Below are positions 31,001 to 38,491 of a DNA stretch of 64,000 bases, in pieces. The number at the start of each line of letters is the position of its first letter. The stretch's first letter is position 1. Source of the DNA: an uncultured virus (IMG/VR IMGVR_UViG_3300035662_000013) (lineage: Duplodnaviria; Heunggongvirae; Uroviricota; Caudoviricetes); IMG/VR virus record IMGVR_UViG_3300035662_000013. One strand, written 5' to 3'. The notes under the pieces are model-generated. The model worked only from the letters and a program-made list of their open reading frames with translations. It searched no databases and was not told the DNA's origin. Position numbers and translations under genes: made by a program.

Positions 31001-34000
31001 TGTTTTAGCTTCCCTCTTTTTCTCTTCTCTTTTGGTTTCAGCAGCCTCTAGAACTCTCTGCTCTTTTTCATTAGATTCAAGAGACTTTCTATGCATATCA
31101 AGGAGCTCGTCTACATCATGGAATCTATCTACTTTTGTGTCTTTCTCTCTATTGTAAAGAGTTTGATCTCCTCTAAGTATGGATGCCATATGTTCTTCAT
31201 ATTGAGCTCCGTATGAAGATACTAATCCATAAGCCATGTCCTTAATATCATCATTAAGCTCAATAGGAACAAATTCATCAATTGCATCACTAAGATCTTT
31301 AGAGTTTTCTATTTTTAGAAGTTCAGCCCCCTGCTCCTCTGTTATTAATTTAGCATTTAATAATGCATCTATTAAATTAGAAGATACACTTCCTAAATCA
31401 TCTGATGCGGCTCTCGTTATTAAGTTGCTTTTTATTTTTGAAGCCTTAGACTCAAGAGGGTCATTCACTGATATCGTAGCAATAGCAGCTAGTTTATTTC
31501 TAAGCATGGCAATACCTATTGCAGCTCCAGTGCTTATTTTATCTGCGTCCTCCCTAGTTGTATTTATAGATGTAACTAATTTAGAAAATGTAGTCTCGTC
31601 AAAATTAGCAAGAAGATTAGCCTCAGCTTCATTAGCCGTTCTGCTCTCAAGATATCCTTCTCTTGCAGCGTTCTCATGGTCTGATATTAATGATGTAAGC
31701 AATAAGTGGTCCTCTGAACCATAGCCACCTGATTTCTTGGCATATTCTCTTACAAATTTACTATCAGCTATAGATGCAATTCTTTTAGCCAGTTTAATTT
31801 CATTAGTAATATCTTCTGCAGTATATCCTTCTGGTGGATTCTTTTGAAGTTCTTTTAAGTTTTCAATTACAAAATCAAATTGACCATTCTTAACAGCTCC
31901 TATATATGCAGACGCCTTTGCTTTAAATGCAGATGTCTTAATACCTGGCTCTATAACTGAATCAAATAATTTATCAGCATTAAAGCTTCTATTTAGTTCT
32001 TTTATATGAGCAGGAGATGATATCACGTTTCTGCCTGCACCCATAAACGCTACAGACATAACAGTAGACCAATAGGTATCAAGCAATTCTGCGTTTTTAT
32101 CATATCTTTCGTCTCCAGATAATCCAAATAATGCTTTAGCGCCAGTGCTTATGGTTTTGTTTTTATCCAAATAAGATCCAAAGATTCCTGCATTTTCTTT
32201 TAATGAGCCTTCTTTGAATTTCATATCCATCATTGTTTGTGGGATTTCTTCAAATAGAGGTTCGTCTACAAACGCCTCCCATCCAACTTCTGATGCTAAT
32301 TGAGCTGTTTTTCCAAGAACTCTTCCTGCTCTATTGTTTCTAATAAAAGACGATAATGATAGATTCTTATAATAATCAGAAGTAGATTTTGCCAGTCCTT
32401 GCATGGCCTTTGGAATACCACCTTTTATAGGCATTAAACTAGCTAGCATTAATCCATTTTGACCCATATCTGAGTATATCATAGACCTATATTGTCTAGC
32501 AAGCTCATCCGAGCCATCGCTAGCGGCTACTGCTGCTTCATTTATTCCAGGTATATCTGATTTAACAATTCCAGTTCTAATAAGCATCTCTAGCGTCTCT
32601 CTTTTATGTCTCTCTTGAGATTTATCATACTTCCCAAATTGCGACATTACTTTGTCCATAGTTTCCTTTGGCTCAGATATATGAGATAGAAGTTCTTCGT
32701 ATGACATCTTAGATATAGCATTCTCTCCAAGTATAGCATCTTGCTTCTCGTTAAAGGCTTGACTAAACTGAGAAAAGAATTCACTATCTCTACTTCTTAC
32801 AGCAAAAGCAGCGTTAGCTCCAGTAAGAGCTAGAGAAGACAATAATTTAGTTCCAATTGTTGGCTTTTTTGTAGCCAAAGATATAGCAGAATTTAATGCT
32901 ATTAAGCCGACCTGCCCTTCAAACTCAGACATAGACATCCCACTTGTATTAAGCATCTTGCCCCAATACCAGTCATTTTCTTCTACTTTCTTTGTAGCAT
33001 ATTCAGATGGAGCTCCCCACATCCTAAGATCATTCAAGTCAGTCTTTATGCTTTCTTGTGCATCTTTTGTTTTTTTAGCTAATACCGAGTCAAATTTACC
33101 AACCTTTTCTCCAGTATATGAGTGTAGAGACTCCTTTCCGTCAAGCACGTCATCTATGGATGGAATTGTACCATCAAAATCTCCACCAACCTTTGACCAG
33201 TTTTTTATTAAGTCCTTGTATTTTGAATAGGCATATTTAGTATCTTCTGGAACCAATGAGTCGTCTATATCAATATAACCTTGTCTTACATCACCAGACG
33301 GCATAAACTTATTAACACCAGCTCCGATTAGGCCACCTGCTACAGCTGGAACATATCCCATTGAGAATCTAGTTGCATCAGATAGATTTGATATTAGATC
33401 TACCGGCTTATCAATTGCGACATCTGCTGCAGTTTTAAGTGTAAGCCCTCCAAGTATATTGCCAACTGCATTTCCTAGAGATACTTTGCCCATTACAGAT
33501 ATAACAGGAGCAACAGCGGCTGCTACCAATGACGTGCCAACGGTTCTAAATAACCCACTCACCATTCCTTTCATTTGCTCCCACTCAGCATATCCATGAG
33601 ACGCGCCCATCATCATATCTGCTTTCTCAAGAAAACTAGGCCCTTCTCCTTGCTGCACAGCCCCAGTTAAACTATATATTGTTTTGCCTTTTGATTCTGG
33701 GTTCCATGGCTCGTTATTTATGAATGCAGCAGAAACGCTTTTATCTCCACTTTCATATAGAGATTTAAGCCTGGCTTGTTCTGCAGACAGTTCTTCATTT
33801 TTTTGAAATAAAGCCTGTGCTTTGGCATTCGACTGCATTTCCCTTGCAAACCTAGCTGCCTTATATAAATCCTCATCAGATTGAACCTCCTTTGATGAGA
33901 GCATATCTGATGAATACTTAAACACAGGAAGGTTGTATTTTAACTCTCCTAGAGCATTGTCTATTTCTGTCTGGTTTTTTCCGCCTACAAACGTTCTATA

Positions 34001-34282
34001 TGAATCGGCAAAGAAGTTATAATCATTTCCTTTTTTAGTTTCATTTTCAAGTGGCAGTTTTTTCTGCCCATCTTCTGCGTCTTTTGACTCATCGCGAGCC
34101 GCTTTGCGCTTAGGTTCATCTTTAGAGGGGCGCTTGCGCTTAGCCTCTTCGTATTCATTTCTGCGTTTTAGTTCGTCAAGTTCGCTTCTTCCTTGGCCAT
34201 AAACAGAGCTACGAGACCTAACATATTCGCCAAATCTCGTATCTTCACCCTGCAAAGCCCTTTTAATGTCTTCTCTTGTCAT
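16070..34282 (-). CDS. Giant virion RNA polymerase polyprotein (6070 aa)
   Basis: YRIPTQG and catalytic GSDFDVDKLY (23387-23401) of crAss two-barrel RNAP, KRLSSILSTG, zincin HEAFH (27863-27877), and appended NADAR, SLOG, DUF1848-like and SF1B helicase domains. Confidence 0.92.
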   Translation of the reverse strand: MTREDIKRALQGEDTRFGEYVRSRSSVYGQGRSELDELKRRNEYEEAKRKRPSKDEPKRKAARDESKDAEDGQKKLPLENETKKGNDYNFFADSYRTFVGGKNQTEIDNALGELKYNLPVFKYSSDMLSSKEVQSDEDLYKAARFAREMQSNAKAQALFQKNEELSAEQARLKSLYESGDKSVSAAFINNEPWNPESKGKTIYSLTGAVQQGEGPSFLEKADMMMGASHGYAEWEQMKGMVSGLFRTVGTSLVAAAVAPVISVMGKVSLGNAVGNILGGLTLKTAADVAIDKPVDLISNLSDATRFSMGYVPAVAGGLIGAGVNKFMPSGDVRQGYIDIDDSLVPEDTKYAYSKYKDLIKNWSKVGGDFDGTIPSIDDVLDGKESLHSYTGEKVGKFDSVLAKKTKDAQESIKTDLNDLRMWGAPSEYATKKVEENDWYWGKMLNTSGMSMSEFEGQVGLIALNSAISLATKKPTIGTKLLSSLALTGANAAFAVRSRDSEFFSQFSQAFNEKQDAILGENAISKMSYEELLSHISEPKETMDKVMSQFGKYDKSQERHKRETLEMLIRTGIVKSDIPGINEAAVAASDGSDELARQYRSMIYSDMGQNGLMLASLMPIKGGIPKAMQGLAKSTSDYYKNLSLSSFIRNNRAGRVLGKTAQLASEVGWEAFVDEPLFEEIPQTMMDMKFKEGSLKENAGIFGSYLDKNKTISTGAKALFGLSGDERYDKNAELLDTYWSTVMSVAFMGAGRNVISSPAHIKELNRSFNADKLFDSVIEPGIKTSAFKAKASAYIGAVKNGQFDFVIENLKELQKNPPEGYTAEDITNEIKLAKRIASIADSKFVREYAKKSGGYGSEDHLLLTSLISDHENAAREGYLESRTANEAEANLLANFDETTFSKLVTSINTTREDADKISTGAAIGIAMLRNKLAAIATISVNDPLESKASKIKSNLITRAASDDLGSVSSNLIDALLNAKLITEEQGAELLKIENSKDLSDAIDEFVPIELNDDIKDMAYGLVSSYGAQYEEHMASILRGDQTLYNREKDTKVDRFHDVDELLDMHRKSLESNEKEQRVLEAAETKREEKKREAKTKPETTVVAEPVVEPIVVELESLEPKWEIPSAPEIVEYESLESAPEVETEQVPPLDETDIPPLTEADLNSSVNRAEELLADDNFDPFSDYDKEEEAAKQAADNQEEQAPTQGITNNGTIYPVLDLSKIDTDNFIYVTHQTDIVGLEQILSRGFDIRNGLNGTSLFGNTESIQSQMDSINSGHGHRGASRMIVFAFPKSKFGNVRQLDEISDMLIDEGIFSIPGQYVFGVFTENNKPITQEAAPQKSKQDELKEKLNARLAHLADVATDVLGSKMNATGKQYSSKDFLPAMTGVLEVIMELGYTSFVDVVSNASDAMKGNAVLAGLIDRISPKQWRAAYNSAADFAEGTQSEEEVIAYSNDDVKAIVAGTYKKEEEIDINEDLEDLNQPEKTEEEENKEASKEISEIVKGAAAISIAMEKEDSSDFVNIDDEAPGTIDEDKVSVRFGRLPHTLFTSNPEIIKWLKTPKALEGATFEIEISTIPFDKVPQSRKDAGDYIPFDINNPNSWNEAAIFVKIKDKNGVVRPLNISFHNIAVNSMFEDSDGNMYPKFNEQDIADLVDFRNKIIALYAESLANGSNKELVVSGVSIGRAKIKLNRKNGKPVQRSLSKIKGLIEGFNGDFSTINNNTLSLAYGRGWRGNFTVVGIDGVIGDTDEQNSGSMFAVKIDPVLGTKRKIKLNKRRFSEDKDTAEFIYKLLIDWNMSKGELALDRDGNVVLAGDGASNRLGISAEGLLSKIVNFGKRTQINKKDLPMLTHLLPKQFYVEGNSLYLGEAKFDISNPAGISPEIKAQIIDYIKNNFNWSINAHDLWNQTGANRKVADVFSGITDYFRSNPEAKSIKFFEGMEIKREDLGLTWEAWIVKYDKLISDVADDIFESPYTFLNDVELADRMDKPTIKKVAKKKTDAKEAALEPVSDTQKADVVETSTNTQKSLESPENGLKSDASEQVSGKKKFKKRTSGDVDKISDLGVNAVGPTRLSTSHAEEDNLTNSEQAWARKRISSLIEISDTEIEMENGDIAMGVANILKNIITLFSGAERGTAYHEAFHIVSLGLIPRNRRMMIYDSVRRTIPSLSDATNKDIEEYLAEEFRVWRETNKIGIKIPMLRSVFRKFSNLFTGMKSANKSDINRLFEDIEYGIFKNKKGPKAKSEQSKFFTRFYVDGAARTLKSKGFNAINTLDMQYEVAKGLAFSFIELSGVEKVSDIRNMSKDVLYDSILAEYEYMEENGMEDTLKYKIYEDILDKFDEEIVPLINKELSSFGIAPAVFDVDGNEIEDNDKDIVSNEIAKHTVESYKVPKSDNIPMEVKFFLWTIPQKEKNADGVVVDKFNPLTGFKLFYDQTTSWVTVASDLGHLKSYTEMRNKIYSLGVVSGNLFYRSVLDKLDNSSDRFKTAFFAAVKCHRHDFASIAFTGDKNGNMAEADRRLRVIESKATTAKITKPKEWGENMMSIGFLFSDSVDGPVFNKANAESIIARHKALVSFAGRLTNPLEAEKITDEQITAAINEYIDIFNKIGISINDATIDEIIKHSYPNASRKNAIASLITQSKPEHPSFVLTNIITDLVKNDGKLIVNRKEKVDRKEIYKSQKSTGFIAMMYFKANPNITETTSTGADGAKVYEISLPNYVTETAERISTDTEYRDKVMQSSFASGRIGGAAFEGDRTTVGGSIVLDQLQSGESKGLKVKTFLKFYEDNSGDKGRDYFALSPMEDYMMKMAATNSGYMLCPTMADKKSWYMFAGIKMPSFSVSKQEGTPIAVDMNSLKDGLVRQSITFPTKTVAIFNGYFEAEYLAMQDAWSAWKVAMGNKNKLEQTYHYGGFSQRGANKYTTKGKWNSGLGNGMKFRHFDEISIDIKGDGSFVNLNEYQEELIDQYGVINGMTRFFEEMDSKIFNASNETKFQIMNATLANSISRELKWLVKNGAITVQHKKNGVFYKNKKLDKSIFKDTRAYFIKQSNLNSKESLVSDYADTSAIYNMVAEHMVNTSISTIEFEKIFSKDPAFHKDPDAKIKRLSSILSTGTPCLSETGRSTFVSAELNDNEIPSPNLSEIKSRMIAAHVNERHGDELNMTFNEILEAINSGNMDEINKLSDIKMIMNIVDAQTAGYNKVNETDASVFISPVMYRDILRKLGRWNEDLNEAFDLLESEDMSWMEDSAKYLKVMELALNPLKMIYYGDKFSNGLNIPKLDKMAMFCLFRSVATGANKALYERMNNPEDGASKIDMVAFSSAVKSGNNNPIDFFDKDGNVSNLDKFTEEIQHFEFLRHQLETEAHEEEEVGLATQVQKVAMSNIVSDKVYSNITIGGNKGATGRQLIEEWSNALTEISNRGRNDVENELGIKYEGGVLTFDKKKLYGFLHSEAIKSNMTDDVYETLMKAAEPNSRITLQAMADRDWIESKLVSFIMKKTLDVNTPGGAFIQMSTFGINTLTDSITSEGYKLNGGRKLNYMNADGSMDCVVSLSLFKDVLPEDVKLMSPVKQRDWLLMHNIIGPDSDPAALGYRIPTQGMSSVSSLKIIDVIPKIIGDTIILPTEFTALTGSDFDVDKLYLARYNYAKNPAGRFEKVEFDDNKKSEKNPEKSKWQVNSNAAIQNRLLDVMMAAITEPSSIHETRLPLDATTSVIKDDILPDIDSVTGTGEKRGALMFTSPSYQTDKKVEYSTGKKNLGIMALANTNHIYTQMTNLTINPKQRTAAKHGIFELGGIYGADGMRILDWLSAMINAHVDVAKDPYIIRLGVNEHTVNMVAFLLRAGIGGNAFYFLSQPSLKEAYAEVEEFNGKYEVNKDSVKKLHEVIKDKLQKYRAMAARIDGGKNAQYVESLFVEDKYGRRDMPTGDVLNSRSKLKSGLNKDLSNFDYLLHQILVMETYLELLPYSNELSELVKYSQIETKKQGKSFIANNEFISKVNSLILDDDNGTSVFSGVRNYYESTPLMARLRNSSGLIVGISRGLLFRTSRQVLSILNKVNILAGREGFDNSKFMHGVSRYVETAIKDSFYRKYAEQNDIDINSLFFGEDTVAKELFHIKSAINNGHLPGYENNVFLKVLSYTMHSKSEESYPDHVTIDSSAKDDKNIQEKIKYYFSELLNPILEDESQEGLSEQEISALKSRNKDRVMLKDFAKRFILYQFYSTGDNSALNYVKLSEDDRISLEINSGLVDANTGAPIKIALYDFIDDVLTELNELSYEHTPGVALQNDVKFLEDLFISRWWDNELVPTTTAYKVRKGQFDEDGHPLVDQKPKKMSTKKMLGIEYELEFIDTAARPIGSTSDGKHPVFKPFVKIIKTGTNGRQFEILYKYIGNSTRSNAKGDVSIKPVYVAVDKKGSKASGLALIESNSKTSVIKTNELPQSNINSSIFSKEAGFDKVSWFDMFMGLEDKFVESLGASTVDKAVTNAIDNNSYSMSYLDNAIEDAGITDSARIASMREEFARGILSRFNELNLPDNTIAQEDRESALEELKTSAEAYLGQFIRKVEMQPSNNARSINIYAGTGENANLSNLAIRPFTLPTGSSRLNMIKGDISFTSVEQAFQLAKYTYTGNVRDDGSWQPQMLSGGGFGNEMSKEDDEFNWKLAGQIQNSKNPAEAKALGRQFKHLDVDRWNKASSSIMKELLLESFKQNPDALQELLATGNAILTHTQDKGKWSTEFPRLLMEVRDELNADLTTEAEGEQDLTNINESSTLTGYQGRKSDVADNREYNFYSTSEEEARDYGSNVSKKRISLNNFLFKTELLPNGTSVYTEAYDKIYKAFQEKYGSPFDILNNGTPEKIELMNKFFEMVREAGFSGYTEIRKNNNFSQSDNRYIVTFNQKSTAKSISIASEFTNHSGGAYGADTFWDQIGREYGVTDNRHYRQEDNKSLSQALRNKKVEATVLTTEQMDKARTEIEKLLGKKYPDTKEGNLQVRNYYQVSNADAVFAIAKISGDAKFNSGTVFGGTNTAVQLGVQLGKPVYVWDVTSEQWMRFVPEMRKDDKIVGKFVPTSTPMLTKNFAGVGTRDIENYNTLNKTTNQWEPRKEYLGIEKENAAKQAIRDVFENTFKNQENTTASEEEHESTIKSIEGKQESLSKQDQETVNEVFNDGGKPKILIASETSDPVFHVKKIKEIVANRKTNGVNAMYLITKHDGLPLKELAELKIPKFYHFSITTLGGTKYEPGVMKYDDLLDRIETFIKEGLLNPNLITVRIDPIIPGVTNFDDVERVIKRASEMGIRQIKFSVMDSYSGSKNDRFIVAKMKELGYDFAAYKTNDNIKFSAKQEIIDELSVKMRDLCKKYGIRQLSSCAEKVNVDGVQKLGCLNVQSINAAMGRTDVTHVQGNQRQDCSCYGNKVDALRYNDKCASSCVYCYAGHNSVVSLKYYNEDGSLKVNDFTKTSNTEQAIIEPEVTQERFTEFGTTYAFGFVDGKMTSAMYQQGNGEFNNMNMLSAEKAYSRLKSKSENAVVSEVTPDTPSEADINLFGKDIDLSKIGIPYQLNDEQEAALKAIEAWVKDKTITTPFSLLGSAGSGKTSITRVLINALSNAEITYQLLAPTHRAKGVLSRATGKKAKTYHAYFQLVPEAREVGMKLEFGGATNYESNVDLYIIDEVSLISDKSVDEILKVAEATGAKVLFIGDHAQLYPVGNTDAKGMPKQSIGLESPTSIVLNKVMRVANGNPLADVLSIMRMYQAPGLMNINGTEYNFTDQSKAIFSKRDAFNDQGGVVFVGEADRAKAVEQFVDMFFTSEDYSKDVNFAKILAFRNDVIDSMNAYVRAKLGKKGLIEVGEQVIGYSQIKAGKVDLVANDDEYVVDSIGAPREITSYAVPGVTLKVVPIEIRMTTGASAGGVFNLLTDYSEENMLAIRAAILKRKQEISNMDYQEKREANRNFFIALTKDFITLKPIKNSLTDNENASNNLKDRTIGFTYASTVHKAQGGEYQNVLVLDSDLRGIDKNFDGLIYRKALYTAVSRARRTATVITNTKKLNSEKKQVSADGTKIPESFKPNNSLIGNERPSDKC

Positions 34283-34298
34283 TATTTTGCAATTGTTG

Positions 34299-36239
34299 TT
34301 ATTTGTTTATTTTCGTTGCCGAACTGGTCAGCCTGTCAGTTATGGCATTATCTTGTATTTTGGAGTTTGCATGTACTACATACATCTTTCTATCTCCAAC
34401 TACACCATATAATCCTTTTTCTGTAGATATAGTCTCCTCTGATATATACCCTGCATTCTTAAGTGCTAATATTGTAGTTCCTGATGAAAAGCCTGGCACT
34501 GAACTTAAAGCTGCTTCTAATTCCTCTTTTGGTATATACATTAAGTATTGAGCATCTACATCTGCCCCAGTAACTCTAATCTTCCCAGAAGCCTCAGCTA
34601 ATACTTTGCCATTTAATTTACCGCTAGCTAACGCATTGTTTATTGCGTCTGTAGCTCTATTAATTACAGCAGTCTCTGTAAATTTAGTTTTAGAATTTGA
34701 TACTGGATTTACAACATTTAATTGATTTGCTGATGATACAGATATCATATCTCTTTGAGACCCAGTAGATTTAACTGTAGCTTTTGTTTTTCCGCCAAGT
34801 GAAATGCCAGCATATTCGTTCATAACTAATGGATCTACATATCCAGTTGATGCGTCCTCTACATCTGCAGTCGATAAGAATGGATGTTTCTTTCCATTAA
34901 TTGTTATCATTCTAGAACTTTGTGTTCCAGCTTTTTCTACTGAATTATTCAACCCTCTTACATTATTCATTATAACTGGTGCGGCAGACCTTATTGCATA
35001 TGCGTATTGTTTGTCAACTTCAGCGAATTTAGCTTTAGCAGCAGATACTGATTTAGATAGCTCAGCTATCTTACTTGTCGTCTCAGCACTTTTATCCCCA
35101 GATGCTTGTAGATAATTTAGGTTTGATTCCTGCTCCTTTATTTGCCCTTCTAATTGTTGTTTTTCTATATTCTTTTCAGCAGCAAGAACTATCTCTGAGC
35201 CAACCTGTCCGACTAATTCCGCTCTAGAAGCTCCAGCCTTAAGCAATTCTTCTACTCTAGAGCCAGCTGTCTGTACCAATGATTGACCAAAGTTGTCAGT
35301 TGCCATTCCTTTTATAGAGGCCAATACGCTTATTTTTTGCTCTGGGGCATCCTCTTTGTCCTTCATTTTTTCTTCATGAGCTTGTCTTGCGCCAAGTAAT
35401 GCGAATTGAGTAGACCTGTCATACATAGCCTCCATTCTTCTATTTGGCTTTCCTTCTAATGTAGCTGCTTTTGATGCAGCACCATAAACGGCGTCTTGTA
35501 TGAATTGAATTTCAGCGCCTGGCTTTATGCCTGTTGGATTTCCTTTCTCGTCTAGCTCATAATACTCCTTAGATGCCCTGCCAGATGACAGTGCCTGCTT
35601 TGCGTACAACATAGCAGATGGATCATTCGCAAATTCCAATCCTCTTTCATTTACATAAGACCGTATGTCTTCTGGACTCTGTCCATAATAATCATTCCAA
35701 TCTCCAGGTGTTGCAGATTTAATTAATTTACTACCCATCCCTTTTATTACCTTTTGGCCCACTGCATCTACATCAAAGTACTCCAACGGCTTTCCAGTGA
35801 ATATACCATTTTGGAATGTATTATGAGTCTTTATCTGTTCTATCCCAGCCTGACCCCATCTAGGGTCTAGATTCTTTAAATATTCACCATACATAGCTTT
35901 TGAGGCCATTGCATTTTTAGCCCCAGATGATGCTGTTGCATTATGAACTAACTGACTAAGCTGAGCCCTTACTTTTGGATTTGCAAGCGAACTCATATCT
36001 TTTACATTATTAGCTATAAAGTTTTTTATTGGAGTGATATACTCTTGTTCATATAACTTATTGTCTACGTCTGATAGTGAGCCTAATGCCTCAACAGAGC
36101 TTGCTTTCTCAATAGCTGCATATGCTTTTTCCATATCAGCTTCTCTTTTGTCTGCTAATTTATATAGATGCTCAAATTGAATTGGAACATATGTATTTAT
36201 AAATTTTGCTTGTGCTGGATTATCGTATAAATTAACCAT
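34299..36239 (-). CDS. Probable ejected/cargo virion protein
   Basis: N-terminus NLYDNPAQAKFINTYVPI resembles crAss proteins found before the RNAP. Contains a coiled-coil stretch. Confidence 0.6.
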   Translation of the reverse strand: MVNLYDNPAQAKFINTYVPIQFEHLYKLADKREADMEKAYAAIEKASSVEALGSLSDVDNKLYEQEYITPIKNFIANNVKDMSSLANPKVRAQLSQLVHNATASSGAKNAMASKAMYGEYLKNLDPRWGQAGIEQIKTHNTFQNGIFTGKPLEYFDVDAVGQKVIKGMGSKLIKSATPGDWNDYYGQSPEDIRSYVNERGLEFANDPSAMLYAKQALSSGRASKEYYELDEKGNPTGIKPGAEIQFIQDAVYGAASKAATLEGKPNRRMEAMYDRSTQFALLGARQAHEEKMKDKEDAPEQKISVLASIKGMATDNFGQSLVQTAGSRVEELLKAGASRAELVGQVGSEIVLAAEKNIEKQQLEGQIKEQESNLNYLQASGDKSAETTSKIAELSKSVSAAKAKFAEVDKQYAYAIRSAAPVIMNNVRGLNNSVEKAGTQSSRMITINGKKHPFLSTADVEDASTGYVDPLVMNEYAGISLGGKTKATVKSTGSQRDMISVSSANQLNVVNPVSNSKTKFTETAVINRATDAINNALASGKLNGKVLAEASGKIRVTGADVDAQYLMYIPKEELEAALSSVPGFSSGTTILALKNAGYISEETISTEKGLYGVVGDRKMYVVHANSKIQDNAITDRLTSSATKINK

Positions 36240-38491
36240 TATGTTGTTGCTGTTTTAGTTGTAGTTTTCTTTTTAAATACAGGCCTCTTAGACGTCATCA
36301 TTCCAAAGAACTTCTGTCTTTCTGCTTCCGGTAAATTAGCGAATGACGCAAACACTTCTGAGTTTAATATATCTCTTTCTTTCTGATTCTTCATCAATTG
36401 CTTATTTTGAGCATAATCAGAGAATTGAGCTAATGCTGCTTTCTTATGTGCTCTAACATTTGCATCAGTCTGCATTCTACTTTTCTGATTTTCTCTAAAT
36501 ACATTAGCATTTCTAGACGCTATCTCATTTGATATTGCCGCAGATTTAGCTCTATATTCATTATTGATATTATCAGCATTAGCAGATATGGCATTTAAAT
36601 TGTTTAGCCCTGCTGCATACGTAGAAGCTCCAAATGTAGTGCCCGCTCCAGTTCCAGAATTCATAACACGTTGGTTATATCTAGCTATCTGACTTTTCTT
36701 TCTAGCATCTTCCACTTGCTTAGACATATTAACCCTCAATGTTGGATTGATTGCAGTTTCGTATCTTGGAGTCTCATATTCAGGTTTAGCTCCAAACCAA
36801 TTGGCTGCTACAGGCGCTAATGATGCTAAGTTGTATCCAAGCTCGGACGCATAGTCTCCAAATCCTTTATTGAACACTTCTGTTGTCAATCCATTCTCTG
36901 CAGTAAACTCTTTTTTAGGCTCTTCAACAGTCGCTGCTTTCTGAGGTTCAACTGCTGCTACTTTAGGCGCAATTGCTGGAGTAGCTACTGCTGGCGTTTC
37001 GGCTTGTTTTAAGGCCGTTTCCTGAGCGGCTGGTGCTTGCTGTAGGGTAGAACCTTTTTGAGGAGAAACTGCCGTAGAGGGCTTTAAAATAGGCTTAGTG
37101 GACGTATTAGTCATTGGAATCCATGCTGTACCTGTATTATCTAAAGTATATCTATTTTGTTCCCCTGCTGCTGCAGATCTTCGTACTTCTGACAACGGAA
37201 CCGCCTGTCCTTTAAATACCCAATCAGGGTTATATCCAGGCTGTCCAGCTTTAATTCCTCTATTCATCATTGTATTCCAATCAGACTCTAGTACTCCTGG
37301 CACTATACCATTGTACGATGGATTAGCTTGTTGCGCTGATGCTACTTGGGTAGATATAGGCAGCTGCTCTTTATCTGCTCCTAGATTTGTAGTTGCAACT
37401 GGGTCTAGCTTGCTAACACCACCTATTCTCATTAATCCATTTTCATCAGCAGTTAAAGCAGCATATATTTTACCGGCTCTTTGCGCCTCATTAAATTTAT
37501 CTGATATCTCAGGTTTAAACTGAGCATGCCAATTATGTCTTCCGCTCTCGTCTGCACCAGAATAGTACATGCCTTGTTTTGCCATCCTCTCTGCTGTAGC
37601 TTTATCAAATGGAAGTTTACTGTACGTAGACAATGGTTCTGTGTAATAATGCGTCCCTCCTGCAAACTTAGGCATAAATTTAGGTTTTGATTTTCCCATA
37701 TTCTCTATTTGTGTATTCATATTAAGCAATTCAGTTTGCTTCTTTCTATTTATATCGTTAAGCTTCTTAGTGTTATCATTTATTTGTCCACCAAACTTAG
37801 CCATCTTGTCGTCAATTTTCTGTACTGCTTCCATTTTAGCTATTGCCTTTGCCGGTGTTAGTTTCTTACCATAAGGAAGCTTGTATGCATTTGAGTATAT
37901 AGATGTTCCTTCTTGTAATTGTACAGCAAGACTATCATTGTTATTTGGCTCGCCTGGGAATGTTCCAACTCTGCCTGTTATAGGGTCCCTAAACCCTTCT
38001 CCATTAGATACTAGTGCATTTGGATTGATTGCCGATGCAACCCCATCTTTATATCCAGGAACTGAATAATTCCTTGGAGAATAAATAGAATTGCGGGACT
38101 TGATATTATTTGACGCCATGCTTATTGAGTCTAAATTGCTGTTTATAGATTTCTGGATTACTTTATTGTTGTATTCAGCTTCTTTTTTCTTCTGCATAAC
38201 TAGTCCAGCTGCTCCTCCTATAACACCTCCAGCTATAGCTCCCCATGGCCCTAATGCAGCTCCAGCTGCAGCTCCTTGCCCAGCCATCCCAAGTGTTGAT
38301 GTGACGTAGTTTGACAAATCCCCCTCGTCGCCAGAATTGAAATAGGACGCAAGTGTACTAGCGCCTGATACCACATTGCCTACTCCGCCTATAGTACTAG
38401 CAGCCCTACTGCCTTCTTTTGTTATAGCGCCATCCATATACCATGGAGTACCATCTTTATATTTTTTTAATTTCTTATTAGTTTTCTTCAT
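36239..38491 (-). CDS. Cargo protein with glycine-rich membrane hairpin (probable ejection-channel protein)
   Basis: GAAAGAALGPWGAIAGGVIGGAAGLV glycine zipper, NALVSNGE motif, low-complexity A/P/Q/T linker. Directly downstream of the muzzle gene. Confidence 0.7.
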   Translation of the reverse strand: MKKTNKKLKKYKDGTPWYMDGAITKEGSRAASTIGGVGNVVSGASTLASYFNSGDEGDLSNYVTSTLGMAGQGAAAGAALGPWGAIAGGVIGGAAGLVMQKKKEAEYNNKVIQKSINSNLDSISMASNNIKSRNSIYSPRNYSVPGYKDGVASAINPNALVSNGEGFRDPITGRVGTFPGEPNNNDSLAVQLQEGTSIYSNAYKLPYGKKLTPAKAIAKMEAVQKIDDKMAKFGGQINDNTKKLNDINRKKQTELLNMNTQIENMGKSKPKFMPKFAGGTHYYTEPLSTYSKLPFDKATAERMAKQGMYYSGADESGRHNWHAQFKPEISDKFNEAQRAGKIYAALTADENGLMRIGGVSKLDPVATTNLGADKEQLPISTQVASAQQANPSYNGIVPGVLESDWNTMMNRGIKAGQPGYNPDWVFKGQAVPLSEVRRSAAAGEQNRYTLDNTGTAWIPMTNTSTKPILKPSTAVSPQKGSTLQQAPAAQETALKQAETPAVATPAIAPKVAAVEPQKAATVEEPKKEFTAENGLTTEVFNKGFGDYASELGYNLASLAPVAANWFGAKPEYETPRYETAINPTLRVNMSKQVEDARKKSQIARYNQRVMNSGTGAGTTFGASTYAAGLNNLNAISANADNINNEYRAKSAAISNEIASRNANVFRENQKSRMQTDANVRAHKKAALAQFSDYAQNKQLMKNQKERDILNSEVFASFANLPEAERQKFFGMMTSKRPVFKKKTTTKTATT

